Of a stretch of 64,000 nucleotides of DNA, positions 62,791-64,000 are shown piece after piece (within the stretch, counting starts at the first letter, position 1; each line of letters starts with the position of its first letter). The notes beneath the pieces were generated by a model that had not been told where the DNA came from, did not search any database, and saw only the letters and a list, made by a program, of their open reading frames with translations. The stretch comes from an uncultured Acidobacteriota bacterium. GTDB lineage: Bacteria > Acidobacteriota > Thermoanaerobaculia > Multivoradales > SZUA-115. The DNA is taken from NCBI GenBank assembly GCA_963805975.1, contig CAWDVR010000003.1, forward strand, positions 768,001-832,000, read 5' to 3'. The position numbers and the translations under genes were made by a program.

Positions 62791-64000
62791 GCGAGCGGCT
62801 GGCGTTCAAGATCCGCGGCATGGACTGCGCGGAGGAGATCGCCATCCTGAAGCGCGAGGTTGGGCCGCTGGTCGGCGGCGACGAGCATCTGGGCTTCGAC
62901 CTGCTCAAGGCGAAGATGACGGTCGCACCGCCGGCCGGCGGGCTCGACCCGCGGGAGATCGTGCGCGCGGTCGAGCGCACCGGGATGGGAGCCCAGGTAT
63001 GGGAGGACGCCGCCGCGCGCCTGGAGCCCGAGCGGTTCTGGCAACGCCGCGGCCGCACCGTGCTCACGGCGGCGAGCGGCGCCGCGGCGCTGGCCGGTTT
63101 CGTCACCCACGCCGCGCTGGCGGGCGGCATCGCCGCGGCGCTGGGCTCCGAAGGCCTGGGCCTTGCCGCCTGGGTGCCGCCCGTGTCACGCGCCCTGTAC
63201 ACGGTGGCGATCCTCACCGGCGCCTGGTTCGTCCTGCCCAAGGCCTGGTTCGCGCTCCGGCGCCTGCGGCCGGACATGAACCTGCTGATGACCCTCGCCG
63301 TGGTCGGCGCCGTCGCCATCGGCGAGTGGTTCGAGGCGGCCACCGTCTCCTTTCTCTTCAGCCTGTCGCTGGCTCTCGAGGCCTGGAGCGTGGCCCGGGC
63401 CCGGCGCGCGGTGGAGGCCCTGCTGGACCTGACGCCCCAGACGGCGCGGGTGCGGCAGCCCGACGGCCACGAGCTGGAGCTGCCGGCGGAAGCGGTGGCC
63501 GTCGGTTCCCGGCTGATCGTCAAGCCCGGCGAGCGCATCCCGCTCGACGGAAGGGTGGTCGCCGGTGCGAGCGCCGTCAACCAGGCGCCGATCACGGGCG
63601 AGAGCCTGCCCGTGGCCAAAGCTCCCGGTGACGAGGTCTTCGCCGGCACCATCAACGGCGACGGCGCCTTGGACCTTACGACCACCCGCGGGGCCGAGGA
63701 CACCACGCTCGCTCACATGATCCGCCTGGTCGACGAGGCGCAGTCGCGCCGCGCACCTTCGGAGCAGTGGGTGGAGCGCTTCGCGCGCGTCTACACCCCC
63801 GCGGTGATGGTCCTTGCCGTGGCGCTGCTGCTGATCCCGCCCCTGGTGCTCGGAGCTGCCTGGAGCGACTGGATCTATCGTGCCCTCGTCCTGCTGGTCA
63901 TCGCCTGTCCCTGTGCGCTGGTGATCTCGACGCCGGTGAGCGTGGTCGCGGCCCTGGCCGCCGCCGCGCGCCACGGCGTGCTGGTCAAGGGCGGTCTGTT
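62787..64000 (+). CDS. P1B-type heavy-metal ATPase (ZntA/CadA-like), truncated by the window end
   Basis: Read manually: MSERLAFKIRGMDCAEE, DMNLLM, PGERIPLDG, ITGESLP and IACPCALVISTP. Confidence 0.92.
   Translation, partial: MSERLAFKIRGMDCAEEIAILKREVGPLVGGDEHLGFDLLKAKMTVAPPAGGLDPREIVRAVERTGMGAQVWEDAAARLEPERFWQRRGRTVLTAASGAAALAGFVTHAALAGGIAAALGSEGLGLAAWVPPVSRALYTVAILTGAWFVLPKAWFALRRLRPDMNLLMTLAVVGAVAIGEWFEAATVSFLFSLSLALEAWSVARARRAVEALLDLTPQTARVRQPDGHELELPAEAVAVGSRLIVKPGERIPLDGRVVAGASAVNQAPITGESLPVAKAPGDEVFAGTINGDGALDLTTTRGAEDTTLAHMIRLVDEAQSRRAPSEQWVERFARVYTPAVMVLAVALLLIPPLVLGAAWSDWIYRALVLLVIACPCALVISTPVSVVAALAAAARHGVLVKGGL

Overview
GC-rich bacterial DNA with densely packed genes. The TPR-tonB-exbB-exbD-exbD operon and the STK-coupled ECF sigma factor are suggestive of Acidobacteriota such as Thermoanaerobaculia (inference only). 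No rRNA, tRNA, CRISPR array or transposase was recognised. In order, the window holds: (1) a probable sigma-54 envelope cluster with a lipoprotein, two L,D-transpeptidases, an apparently dead third one, an LPxTA-sorted protein and a glycine-zipper protein; (2) kup, dedA, hppA and a TonB/ExbBD operon; (3) amino-acid and peptide transporters with a yefM-yoeB pair and cstA; (4) a PQQ-propeller/pseudo-esterase fusion, a subtilase flanked by a duplicated unknown domain, a PKD/HExxH surface protein and a PadR pair; (5) polX and ligA; (6) a cluster of Cys-rich secreted proteins around an ECF sigma factor and Ser/Thr kinase; (7) a sortase with its VIT-vWA substrate, a two-component system and creD; (8) a heavy-metal RND/P-type ATPase operon preceded by a Cys-rich leader peptide. 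The most striking observation is that the extracellular part of the ECF-linked kinase is a tandem pair of a 6-Cys module. The same tandem pair forms the C-terminus of the divergently transcribed secreted metalloprotease, so sensor and effector share one putative ligand-binding domain. All product calls come from motif reading, not database searches.
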